Assembly: GCA_951406725.2 (NCBI GenBank)
Contig: OX597818.1
Coordinates: forward strand, 142,104,001-142,168,000
DNA from: Octopus vulgaris
Lineage: Eukaryota
DNA length: 64,000 nt
Direction: 5' to 3'
Of this stretch, positions 10,689 through 22,988 are shown in pieces (position 1 is the first letter of the stretch; each line of letters starts with the position of its first letter). A program made the translations under genes and the position numbers. The notes below the pieces were generated by a model that saw only the letters and a program-made list of their open reading frames with translations, searched no databases and was not told where the DNA came from.

Positions 10689-11811
10689 GTAAGTCAATTT
10701 ACAAATACAGATTTTGTTCCCTTACTCGGTTGAAACTTTGACAGGTACACATTCTTTGTGTGCGCTAAAATAGGAATCAGCAACATGTTTCAGCATCAAA
10801 TGGGATCCAGTTGAAGAAAATTTGGGCATACCAAGAAGGATTACAACATATTCAAAATGGGGTCACATGCACTGTGAAACATCCCAGGGACAGAGATCCT
10901 TGTTATATCCTCTTAAGGAACAAAAATATGATACCAGTTAAACGGCAATTCAGTGGTTAAAGGCTTGCTTATGTGGCAAATAAACTTTTCTAACTTTTAC
11001 TTAGAAGAAGAAGAGGAGGAGGTGGAGAAGTACCCTTGCCATTTTTTCAGGGTGTCTGCAACTGGTGGAAAGAAGGGTAGAAGTTAACTTCACACAAGAG
11101 TTTTGGCTTAAATACTTGCAATACAATTCTGCTAAAGCCATCACTCCGGTGTTAGTGTTAAATGAGGTGATGAATTAAGTTTACCACCCATGAATAAGAA
11201 AAATTCTTTTTGAAAACTTCTATGCAGTTTTCTACCAAATTTCATTCACAAGGTTTTGGTAGATGTCTTAGGTCTAATCCTCCCCCAGTTGTGAGAACAC
11301 TGTAGTGTGATGGAGGAAAAGGACAACAGAAAAAGAACCAACGGGAGAAAGAAATACAAAAGGCCTTACCTCAGTGAAATCAGTGGTCTCTCACGAATTC
11401 AACATGTCTTGTCGCTCTGTCATCTGTGCTGGAACTGACCCCACTTGCTCGCTGACCACATGTGCTTCCTGCCCACGCATGTGCCTTTCACTCTTCTGCT
11501 GGCCCCTGCAAGCCTTACTTCTGCCCACCTCATCTGTCATCCTCTCCACCAACACCACATAGCTCATCACAGCCCATAACACCACCAACACCACAAACAC
11601 AAAGAAGCAAGATTCCATCACAATGGGTGACCTGCTACAGTTTTTTTTTGCTTTTATTTAGTTGGCCCTTCTGCTTTTGAGTGTTCAAGGTCTTCTTAGA
11701 ATATTCAGCACATGGTATTCTTCAGTTGGCCCTTTTCCTATTTTCCTCCTTCTGATGTCTATGTCATGGGAGTCTTTGCATGTCAAGAGTTGGCTGAAGA
11801 TGTTTGCTTAA

Positions 11812-12244
11812 CCCGTGTGTTACTGTATTTATTTTGAGATGCAATGTTTCTTTCAATTACTTTAACCCTTTAGCATTTAAACCGGCCAAAAGTATTCTGC
11901 CTGTTTTATGTTCAAACTGGCCAGATCTGGTCTCTCACACCAACCCTGCAATATCGTTTTAAAAATTAACAGCTACCTCTTCAAAATCTCATAGCTACAA
12001 GATAATGCATGATTAGTTCAAAACAATGTGGATGAAGAAGCATTAATTTTGGTAGAATAATGCAAACACTAAAGGGTTAAATATAACAAAGGATTTAGTA
12101 AAATAACTTAGTTATCATTCAGCTAGTGTTAGGAACATAAATTGTAACTAAAGTTTGGTGGAAGATTTTAATTCAAAACTTATGAAAACAAGACATTTGT
12201 ACTCAGAGCCAGAGCCGGTTTCAGCTGCGTTGGTAACGAAATGG
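11812..12244. mobile_element. piggyBac-like TTAA MITE (outer) containing a nested MITE
   Basis: TTAA|CCCG...ATGG|TTAA with imperfect TIRs. Related sequence in the opposite orientation at about 43895-44105. Confidence 0.55.
11866..12076. mobile_element. piggyBac-like MITE (211 bp)
   Basis: TTAA|CCCTTTAG...CTAAAGGG|TTAA. A second, diverged copy at about 42889-43116. Confidence 0.8.
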
Positions 12245-12758
12245 TTAAAGTGTCACACACTGGTATTGAACCTGGAATCAAACAGACTTTCTAAAAACTT
12301 GACATGCCAGCTTATCACCACTATCATACAAGCAAGGATGTTCATTTCCAGTCTTTTACAGCATCAAGGAAATATTATCTTGCTTGGAAACAGGGGAGGG
12401 GAGGGAACAGGAAGAGTATCAGCTGTAAAAAAATCTGCCTCAACAAATTCTGTCTGGCCTACGCAAGCATAGAAAAATGGACGTTAAATGATAATGACCT
12501 AATGCTCAGCCAGAATTCATTACAGTACTTGATGTCACATATCGACAGAAAATTTATGCTATCATAAAAATGTGATACAATCAGAATTTTCAATTTGAGC
12601 AATGGCATCAAATTTTTGACAGTATTATTTTATGCCAACATGAAACTTTAGGTATCATTCACAAAAATGTTATACTCTACTAGTTAGTGTGTGCGAGTGT
12701 GTACACATATAGTTACAAGCAACTGATATTTTCTTTTCTTTTTCTTTTTTTCTTTCAG

Positions 12759-12898
12759 GTGGTCAAGTGCAAGGGGATATGTTTAATCCCCTGACAACCC
12801 ATGCTCTGCTCGCTGGCAGTTCCAGGACGACTTTCACATTAACAATATGCTGTTTAAGTTTACTACTAAGTCAGCTTTACACCCTCTTTCTTATCTGA
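12759..12898 (+). CDS. CNTN: Contactin-like gene, terminal coding exon (GPI-anchor signal-like C-terminus)
   Basis: Long pyrimidine tract then ttcag|GT. Reads GGQVQGDMFNPLTTHALLAGSSRTTFTLTICCLSLLLSQLYTLFLI*: small residues (AGSS) then a hydrophobic end with no cytoplasmic tail. TGA at 12896-12898, first AATAAA at 13256. Confidence 0.88.
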
Positions 12899-15092
12899 TC
12901 AGATTCAACACAAACATAATCTTAGAATTAAAACCTGATGAAGCATTTTCAAAGACTTTAGAACTGAGTGACATTAGCTCTTTTGAACTATAACTCTTGT
13001 ACTGTACATATTTTTTATCATGATTTTATTTTAAAGTTGGACATCTCTTCTCCAAGGAATTTTTAGCATCTGCCATATTGATGAATTGGTATCGTAGATG
13101 CCAACACTATAATTATGGCTTGACCCTAAAATTAAAATGCCTTTCTGATATTGAAGAATGACAGTAATTATTTTAAAATTTTGATAAACCCTATTGTGTC
13201 TTGGTGTGTGTTAAATTTAAAGCTGAAGAGGGGAAAAAAGACAAGCCAAAGCAAAAATAAACTCTATAAGACCCCTTCATGTAAATAACTACTATTGATT
13301 TTTTATATTTGTAACATTTTAAAATGTTACCGTCTTAACTGTAGTATCAAATCATAGAACTTCAATACCTCAGCTTCATACTTTATCAATGACTTTATTT
13401 CAATCAATATTTTATCTAGTTCTTTATTAAATTTTTTGCTTATGTTTAGATTTCTTTTATTCTTTTTGGTCAGCCATAAGCAATTTTATTTCTTCTGTCT
13501 CTTCCTCCTAGAAGTAATGTCAGTGTAAGTTTTGAACTCCTGTTTTTTGGATCAGAATTTCTCAGCTCTTAACACTATGTCAGCCTGTTTCCAATAGAAC
13601 AATGAGTATTCTCCTATATATTATGAGAATGAGAAATATGTAGCCTTTTAACAACATCATTTCTTTTTACAAAAACTTTTAGAGATGAACTCATTCAATC
13701 ATGTAGGTATAGCTCAATCACGTAGGTATAGTTTGTGTGTATATATATGTGTGTGTTTGTGTTGTGCATGTATGTATAAAGCTATGCAAGTGAGTCAAGA
13801 GCCTAGATTTTATTTTACTTATCAAAAATTTGCTAAGTGCAAAGGCCCCAAAATTTTGACCCTTATCACACACGCATACATACACGTTTATGTGCAGCAA
13901 AAACATAAGCACTAAATACTAAACTGGAGTGAATAATTAATATTCTCTGACTGAGAAAAGACCAAATATTGTCAGAATATTTAGCTTTTATTAAATAACG
14001 TCATGGTTTCCTTAGTCTTTATGGGTTATTTCCCTTATTGCAAGAGTTGTTTCCCTTCCCCATGCGATTATTAAATGTTTTCAAGTGATGCACAGAATGG
14101 AACATTTTTGTTCCCTAATATTGTTCTACTGTCCTAAAATATATAAAAATTAACATTTTCTGTACAGTTTGTAATCTTTGAGTACAGAATTTTACTTTGG
14201 CTAAACAAAACATCTTCCTCTGACACAAATACAATCCTTTTAGCTTCTCTCTTTCGTTTTTTCCTGCATATATACCCTATATTTTAGTGCAAGAAAATAT
14301 TACTTATTCCAGGTATAATACAATAGGCCATGAACTAGTATAAATGATTTTTTAGTTTGACTTTATTTAAAGGCTCAGACTTATAAATAGATGTTGCTGT
14401 CTGTGTAGGAATTCTGCTTCATATATTATTGAGGGTCACAAAACTCACCCATATGTATAGCCTGTTCAACAAATATTTAACTGGTTGCTTCTGTTCAGAC
14501 TTTATAATTCATAAAGGAATTTATAAATTGGAATTTGGGTTGCATATGCCTTTCTCAAATTATGATTCTACTTAAAACATTTATATATATTATAGACATT
14601 TTATAAAGCTTTATGATTTTTTTCCACCATGTTCATCTTTTTCACCTTGTCTAAATAAATAGTCTCTGAGATTTACATTCCTTGGATCTTCAGTTCATTT
14701 CTACCATCATGTCTGAGGCCATTCAACAACACTGCCTTCTCTTATGTCATAATAATCCATTTGTGTGTATCTCATTGTACCTCTTAAGATATTGAGACTG
14801 TTCTGAGACAGATGATCATATCAAACACACAGATGGAGGTAGATGCTTGAGCTAGTGGCATTTAAATTGTGGCAAGTAAGAATATTGTGTATGCATGGTT
14901 CTTAGACTCTGCATGCAATAAGATTAAGGTTATTATTATTATTATTTTACATTCTGAGTTGAAATTCCACCGAGGTTGACTTTGCCTTTCATCTTTCATG
15001 GTTGATGAAAAAAGTACCGGTCAATCACTGGGGTCAATGTAATCTACTTACCCTCCCACAAAATTTCCGGCTTTGTGCTTATAATAGAAAGG

Positions 15093-15135
<43 letters not shown>

Positions 15136-15432
15136 GATTGGTAGATATGTATGCCTGTGTATGTGTATGTGTCTTGATAGATAGAAATATTCTAAAGTGG
15201 ATTTTTAAATATATGATGTTGAAAATCCATTTGGACAAATGCACAAAAGTAAAACTGATGTTGGTACGTTTCTTGACAAAAATCATGCACAATGTTTATC
15301 ACAAGATTATAAAATAAAATCAGGACTTAGTTGTCATTTGAGGGCCCATGATAGAAAAACTATCAAACCTGCTGCAGGGATATTTTTGAATTAAGAGAGT
15401 GGTTATTATCAAGAAACAAGTTGATGGCTACC

Positions 15433-15697
15433 ATATATATATAAAGGAAATGAAGAAAATGCTGACAAAATAATTTAAGTAAGGGAGAGTGTATTTAATT
15501 AGGTGAAAGTTCTTTTTACCGGTTGCGCATTTGTTATGCTTATCAAAAGATATTTTTTTAAGAGAGATAGAGTTCCTTATCTTTTGATAAGCATAACAAA
15601 TGCGCAACCGGTAAAAAGAACTTTCACCTAATTAAATACACACTCCCTTACTTAAATTATTTTGTCAGCATTTTTTTCATTTCCTTTATTTATATAT
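15433..15697. repeat. Fold-back: ~120-bp near-perfect inverted arms with 25-nt spacer
   Basis: 15433-15552 is the reverse complement of 15578-15697 with only a few mismatches. (TA)n at the ends. Confidence 0.95.
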
Positions 15698-16256
15698 CAC
15701 AACTCGTGTTCCACATCTCCTTTTTTAAATATATATATATATATATATATACATAACTGATTCTATGATGGGTGTCTAGAGTAAAAATAGTTCTTTCCAT
15801 TCACTGAGCCAAAAAATTCATGTATCAATTTTAATGAGTTTGTGTTTTTTTTTTTATATTGATGTTCTTACATATTTTTTATTTATATTTACTCATTTTG
15901 ACAATTCTTTTCTTTCTTCACTTAGTAAATATAATTCTATTTTTTATAATAACTAAATGAATAAAATATTTTTACTTTTTAATTAAGTTTCCATTTTTTA
16001 AAAAGATATTTATGGTATCTTATTTTAAATTTAGTGAAGTATTTATTTGAGTTAATTTCAAAATTGAATTTTTGCATTTTCATGGGACAAGTACCTTCTT
16101 TCTTACAGTCCAGATTTCTTCTCTAAGACAGTGACCACTGGACAAAGTTTTCAAACTGTTTGATAAATTACACTGAAGTCCTATTTCGTCATCCTTTGAA
16201 ACTGCTCTGCTGTTACTGATGATGATGATGATGGTGGTGAATTCCAATGTTTTAAA

Positions 16257-16640
16257 TCCGGGTTTGTCCCTATTAACAGGGATGGCCGATCTACCTCACT
16301 CTTACAGCAACCGCTCTCACACCTCTTGCCTGGTTTTTGGCATCCTCCTTCCTCGAGCCAACCCTCCTAATCTCCACCTCCACCCTCCACATTTTCTTTG
16401 GTCGACCTCGCTTCTGTGGTTCATTCACTTCAAACTCAAGCACTCTCCTCAGAACAGGATCCTCATCCCTCCTCAACACATGTCCATACCACCTCACTCC
16501 ATTTGCCCTTGCCAGCTGTTCCACTGATTCCTCCAACCTCAACATCCCCATCAAGTCCTCAGCCTTCCTTTTATGCAATAGTTTCACACCACACATTGCC
16601 CTCACCATTGCTCTCTCAATCCTTCTCAAAGATAGCACTG
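16257..16640 (-). mobile_element. RTE-clade LINE 3' fragment
   Basis: ORF 16291-16638 has VRWYGHVLRR...RGRPKKMW, the RTE C-terminal signature. Confidence 0.85.
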
Positions 16641-16734
16641 CATGAGATTCAGCAACTCCATACCAAAAAAATGCTGTGTGATACCATCATCTCCATACCA
16701 AAATATACCGAGAGATACCATCATCTCCATACCA

Positions 16735-17017
16735 AAACATTTTTTCATGCTGAGAGTTGCTGAAGCATGGAACAAACTGCCGGCATCAGTTGTTAGTTGT
16801 TGGAGCACTGCATCCTTCAAAACTTCCATGCTTTCTGAGATTTGCCAACACTACACTTGATTTTCTCCCCTCCATACACACACAAGCATGTATCTGACTC
16901 ATACACTGTTCGCTTTCCAGACATTTCTACATTACTACATGTGCTTTATATGCACTTTCTGACAAGTTGTGGTGCACCTGAGCACTATATACAATAATTT
17001 CATTATATTATATTATA
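16735..17017 (+). mobile_element. CR1/L2-type LINE 3' end; second copy at 29520-29872
   Basis: FFMLRVAEAWNKLPASVVSCxSTASFK (CR1-like FFxxRVxxxWNxLP) followed by 3' UTR and attatt tail. Flanked by a ~34-bp imperfect direct repeat beginning aaaatataccgagagatacc. Confidence 0.8.
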
Positions 17018-17434
17018 AAATATACCGAGAGATACCTTCATCTCCACACCGGAATATACAGCAGGATTCCATTGTCATCTCCATACCAGAATTTACAACA
17101 TGGTGCCATCAATTACATACCAAGTTATACAGCAATCAGCATCTGACGTTTGATGAATATTCTGTGTGATTCTTTTGTCTTTTGCTCACTGAGCACCTGT
17201 TTAGATTGCACAACGAAGAGGATGTGTAAGCTCTTCACAAACTTACTCCACTTAAATGGAATTTTCTAAATATTTACAGCTGTAGAGGGAATCTTCTGTG
17301 ACATTAAGATCTAAGCATTCAAGATTTAAGTGCAGGCATGGCTGCGTGGTATGAAGCTTGCTTCCCAGCCACAAGGTTCCAGGTTCAGTCTCACTGTGTT
17401 GGCACCTTGAGCAAGTGTCTTCTACCATAACCAC

Positions 17435-17900
17435 AGGCTAGCTAATTTTTCATGAGCTTTCGTCTTTGCAATTAATTTTATTTTCTTTGCAGCAGCAGTT
17501 GGCACATTTCCTTCAACCTGATCAATCTGGTGGGTATCTAAGAGATCAGTAGCGAATTTTTTGCGCTCTTTCACAATAGAGTGATGTTTTTTTGGTCTTT
17601 CATGTTTTTCAACAAGTTTTAGCTTCCAATTGTTGGTTGTTTCAAGGTATTTGGCTAGTCCGATTATGGTGGTTTTGTACGTAAGTTCAAGCCAGATCAA
17701 GCCTCGATCTCCCTGAGCTCTGGGAAGGTAAAGACGATCCACGTCTGCCTTTGGATGGTGCATCTTATTACAGGTCAGTAGCTTGCGGATTTTTCTGTCA
17801 ATTTTCATTATTTCACTGGCATTCCAGTTAAGCACATTGAAGTTATAAAGAACAACTGGGACTGCTAAGGAATTTATGGCTAACACCTTATTATGACCTA
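17435..17900 (-). mobile_element. R4/Dong-like non-LTR retrotransposon fragment (post-RT region)
   Basis: NKVLAINSLAVPVVLY...IDRKIRKLLT...HHPKADVDRLYLPRxxGxRGL motif of restriction-endonuclease-type LINEs. Abuts an (ATT)n tract. Confidence 0.7.
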
Positions 17901-17934
17901 ATAATAACTAACACATGTTAGCCATAAGGTGTTA

Positions 17935-17972
<38 letters not shown>

Positions 17973-19774
17973 GGTGGTGAGCTGGCGGAATCGTTAGTAG
18001 ACCAGACAAAATGCTTAGCAATATTTTGCCCATTGCTGTTTTATGTTCAAATTCCGCTGAGGTTGACTTTACCTTTCATCCTTCTGGGGTCGATAAAATA
18101 AGTACCAGTTGAACACTGGGGTTGATGTAATTGACTCATCCTCTCCCCCCAAATTGCTGCCCTTGTGGCAAAATTTGAAACCATTATTATTATTATTATT
18201 ATTCATTTTGTTCATGTACAAGTTCATATATATTCATCATTTTATTTATTTGTAGAAGAATTGATGCATACCATTGACAATCCTAGAATGCATTTGTAAA
18301 AACAATGAACTTATTTTGTGTGTGGTTTTTGGCTCAGCCTGTATATAATGTGTGTATGCATGAAATGAAGGCAGGCAAAAATCAGTATTTTGGTATTATT
18401 CTTCATTTATTATCATTAAAGTCATTTATTATTCTTTTTTCTTTTTCACACACTTCTTTTCTTTCTTGTTTGACAAATAATTGAGACTTGCAGGAAAAGA
18501 CATACATTTAAACAAGACATTAGCACAACACTGAAGTGGTGAGATGTTAAGACATATAAAAAAACAAACATAATGAGTAACAGTAATTGGCATGGCTTTG
18601 GTGATAATAATTAACAATAATAATTAATAATAAACAGCTCATATAAAGTATAAAGACATGTTTTTAATGAACAGAGTTAGTTTGGCTTCGTTTGATTTAG
18701 TTTTAAAATAACAGAATATTCTAAAGGAAAATAAAAATTTGTAAAGAAAATGATTCTAAGTAAAAATTTGGCTATAAATGATTGCAGGTGAGAGAGTTTT
18801 TGTGATGATTATGAATTAATATGGAGTAATTTAGTCTGTAATAACAGCATTTAAATGTTGGTTAGTTATGACTGAGGACAAAATTGTGTTGTAATAATGA
18901 AGAGATATCCTGCTCTGTAATGACTTTTGGAGTGTGGTAATTGGGCTTGAATAATTATTGAATAAACATGGTTTGTAATGACTAAGTAAAAACCAACTTA
19001 GATTGAATGTGAGTAAAAGTGATCTAAGTGTGATTAAAGTTTGTAATGATGGTCTGTTGATGTGTGCGTTTATTTCAAAACTAATGATAGAAAGTTTTAT
19101 AGTATTTTATTTGTAATGATTTATAAATTTTGGAAACTAAATTAAAAGGAATAAAACATGATTAAATTAAAGTCTTAGGCAATAATGATGTCTACATCAT
19201 GTGTTACAGCTGCTGCTTTTTAGACTCTGGTCAGCTTTGACTGAACAAATCAAAAGCATTCCACCTGTGGCCATCCTGTCTTTTTTGTGAAGCTACATTA
19301 TATAATGTATATTTTACTTAATTCAGATAGTAGGGTGTAGTTTTGAGGAAGAATTGACTGCTATTTTCTAGTAAGTTGTACAAGCACAGTCGGTCCATAA
19401 GTCTTCAATAGAGGTGTGTGAGTTGAGTGAGAGACATGTACACAATATACTTTCAATATTTTATTTAAAATAAGGTGATTTAAGCTTCATAATGTTTCTG
19501 TTTTGACTGAAAACTCCATTGGTTATAGAACTATCAGCAACAAAAACACACAACACCTGTCAAGATACTGGTTCAAAGACTAGATGTTAATTATTTAAAT
19601 ATTGGTTCTAGGACTGGCTAGTAGCAATTTAGGTATTGGTTGAGGAAATAGAACTATGGTACAGCAGTCTAATCCCATTCACACTGTAATAATAGCTTAA
19701 TAATAAAGAGATCTACGACTATTGCAGAACTTTTGTCATTAGATATGGATCTACTGATAAGTTAACACCATATA

Positions 19775-20007
19775 TATTTCTTTACTACCCACAAGGGGCT
19801 AAACACAGAGGGGACAAACAAGGACAGACAAAGGGATTAAGTCGATTACATCGACCCCAGTGTGTAACTGGTACTTAATTTATCGACCCCGAAAGGATGA
19901 AAGGCAAAGTCGACCTCGGCGAAATTTGAACTCGGAACGTAACGACAGGCGAAATATGGCTACGCATTTCGTCCGGCATGCTAACGTTTCTGCCAGCTCA
20001 CCGCCTT
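19775..20007 (-). mobile_element. Full-length tRNA-headed SINE (head GGCGGTGAGCTGGCAGAA) with 13-bp TSD; similar copy at 26718-26950
   Basis: TTAACACCATATA at 19762-19774 and 20013-20025. Central domain GTCGACTTTGCCTTTCATCCTTTCGGGGTCGATAAA, tail ending GTAAAGAAATA. Confidence 0.9.
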
Positions 20008-20332
20008 AAAAATTAACACCATATAGCCACATCATAATTGTTTATGTTAGTCATTGTGTGTGTATAAATAATTATGAGTGTTTGTCTATCCCTTTCCTTC
20101 TCTCTCTCTCTCTATACATACATACATACATATATACCATTTGTTTGGAATAATAATTTAATACACACACAAATCTTTGAGCTAATATGTGTGTGTGTGT
20201 GTGTGTGTGTGAGACTAAATGCAGTATATATATATATGTATATTACTCTTTTGCTTGTTTCAGTCATTTGACTGTGGCCATGCTGGAGCATCACCATTCT
20301 GGACAAATAAGGACTTGTTATTATCATCATCA

Positions 20333-21115
20333 AGGCAGCAATCTGTCAGAATCATTAAAACACCAAATAAAAGGCTGCTAAGCATTTTGTCCATCTCTAC
20401 ATTCTCAGTTCGAATTCTGCCAAGGATGACTTTGCCTTTCATCCATTAAGGGTCGATGAAATAAGTATCAGTTGGGCATTGGGGTCGATGTAACCAACTA
20501 AACCCCACCCCTAAAATTATTGGCCCTGTGCCAAAAACTTGAAGCAATGCTGGGCAAAATGCTTAGCAGCATTTCATCCGTCTTTATGCTCTGAGATCAA
20601 ATTCTGCTGAGGTCAACTTTACCTGTCATCCTTTCAGGGTCAGTAAAATAAGTACCAGTTGAACACTGGGGCCAATGTAATCAACTCATCCCCTCCCTCA
20701 AAAATGCTGCCCTTGTGACAAAATTTGAAATTATTATTATTATTAATTTAGGTGGTGAGGTGGCAGAATCTTTCGAGGTCAATAAATTAAGTACCAGTCA
20801 AGTACTGGGGGTCAATGTAATCGACTTACCCGTCCCCAAAATTTCAGGCCTTGTGCCTATAATAGAAAGGATTATCGTTATTATTATTATTAAGGTGGTG
20901 AGCTGGCAGAATCGTCAGCATGCCAGACAAAATGCTTAGCGGCATTTTGCCCATCACTACATTCTGAGTTCAAATTTCACTGAGGTCAACTTTACTTTTC
21001 ATCCTTTTGGGGTCGATAAAATAAGTACCAGTTGAACACTGGGGTTGATGTAATCAACTCATCCCCTCCCCCAAAACTGCTGCCCTTGTGGCAAAATTAT
21101 TATTATTATTATTAT
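20333..21115 (+). repeat. Head-to-tail chain of SINEs separated by (ATT)n
   Basis: About four partial or complete copies of the GGTGGTGAGCTGGCAGAA-headed SINE, most ending in attattatt. Confidence 0.85.
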
Positions 21116-22956
21116 TTATACATAGCAACAAATTACTTTTTTCACTGAAATTCTTATCAGTAAAAATTCATTTCCAAGGAAATTTTCTATCAAAATATTT
21201 TTGCTTACTTATGTATGGTCAAAGTTAATTATTGGCCATATTTTTATCAAAGCATTCCTCCCACCCCATCAAGCCTCCTCTTCATCCTCATCATCATCAC
21301 TTTTTCATGTCCGCTTTCCATCCTGGCATGAGTTGGTCAGGTTATCACTATCCAAGTTTGTTCTTATTCAATCTCTTTCTTTCAAAACAGGTTGGGGAAC
21401 TGTCACCTTGCTTGAACCTTTCATTTTGGCATATTCGCTACAGCTTGATGCTTTTCCTAATCATCAACCATTTTACAGAATATAATGAGAGTATTTTATT
21501 ATGGTACCAGCACCAGAATATTGTCATATCCTCAAAGATACAAGACTATGGATCTGCTCAATCCTTTCCATATTTAAGATGGTATGGTGTAAGTTGAGTG
21601 AGACATAGCTGCTCATTTTAGCAGTTTAAACATAACAAGTTCCCCATCTCAGTTATAAGAAGTGGTATCATACTATAACTGACAAGTATTTCATTAGCTT
21701 AATGAACAAAACTCGCATCCCCTTGTGATCAAAACCCATTTATGAACTGATATTCTGTCCAATGAAAGTATTATCTTTTCAACTGTGACAAGCACTAAAC
21801 ACATTGGCACAGTTCCTGTTAGAATGTTTTTGCTGCAAAAATATGTAATATTGCTTTCATGAAACATTGCTGAAAACTTTGATTTTAGGACAGTAATTTG
21901 AGATTGTCATTAATTATTTAATTAAAATAATATAAAGATTAGATATAACAATTTAGTTTATTTTTACAAGATTTGGCACAGATAAATAATATTGTTAACC
22001 CCAGGTCAGTTCTGACTGAGGAAATCTATAGTGAAAGGTATTTCCACCCTTGACCATTTCATCATTTTTTCTGGACATCTAAGAACTGCATTATCCATTG
22101 TATCTCTCTTTTTTTTCCATTTTTTTTTTCTGATTTTTGTGAGACAGCAAGGTGTAATTTGAGGGAGATTTGGTTGCTATTTCATTATGTTGTTTATGTG
22201 TTTGGCACTAAAAACTAGTCGGCAGAAAGTTTCTATTGATAAATTGAAAGTGATTACCCCCGGCCCATCCCCATTTTCACTTCTGCCATTTCAAACCTGG
22301 TTAGATACTTAAGATTAAGTCATTCATGCATTACAATCTACCCTTTTTTTTTTTCTCAGTCTCTTGGACATGCAAAAGTGTCCTAGAGGAAAGAGCCACA
22401 ATTCTACATTTTGCTATAGGCACTGCAATGTTGTTTAGCCCCCTCCCCTCAATCTAGCCATGGCCATCTCACCATTTTTCACTAAGCATAAATTTCTGGA
22501 CTACATTGTCCACCATCATTACCTTTTTTTTTAAAAAGATAAGGTGTAATTAGAGTGAGATTTGGCTGCTATATCTAACTGGTTGGTCAAGAAACCACAT
22601 AGAGGTTCCTGTATTTTGTTATTCAAGGCACTAAACTTCCTCATGTAGCAATTTATTTACATAACTGAATAAACAAGTAAAGAGAGAATATAATACTCTA
22701 ACTGGGAAATGAAACTATACACCATCTGGTGAGTTCACTTGGTGACCTCACTAGTGTTGATGCCACTTAAAAAACACCCAATACACTCTGTAAAGTAGTT
22801 GGCATTACGAAGGGCAACCATGGAGCCCTTTCTAGTGTCAACCACTTTACACAGTCCTCTAACTTGCCAGCTCCTGTTGAGTTGTTCAACCCATGCCACC
22901 ATGGAAAATGAATGTTAAATGATGAGGATTAAGATATCTATCTATCTATCTATATT

Positions 22957-22988
<32 letters not shown>

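Noticed and set aside
15461-15512. Hammerhead within the 120-bp fold-back arm (CTGACAA...GAAA)
   Set aside because: Box 1 is imperfect, and no convincing stem I, stem III or cleavage triplet could be drawn.
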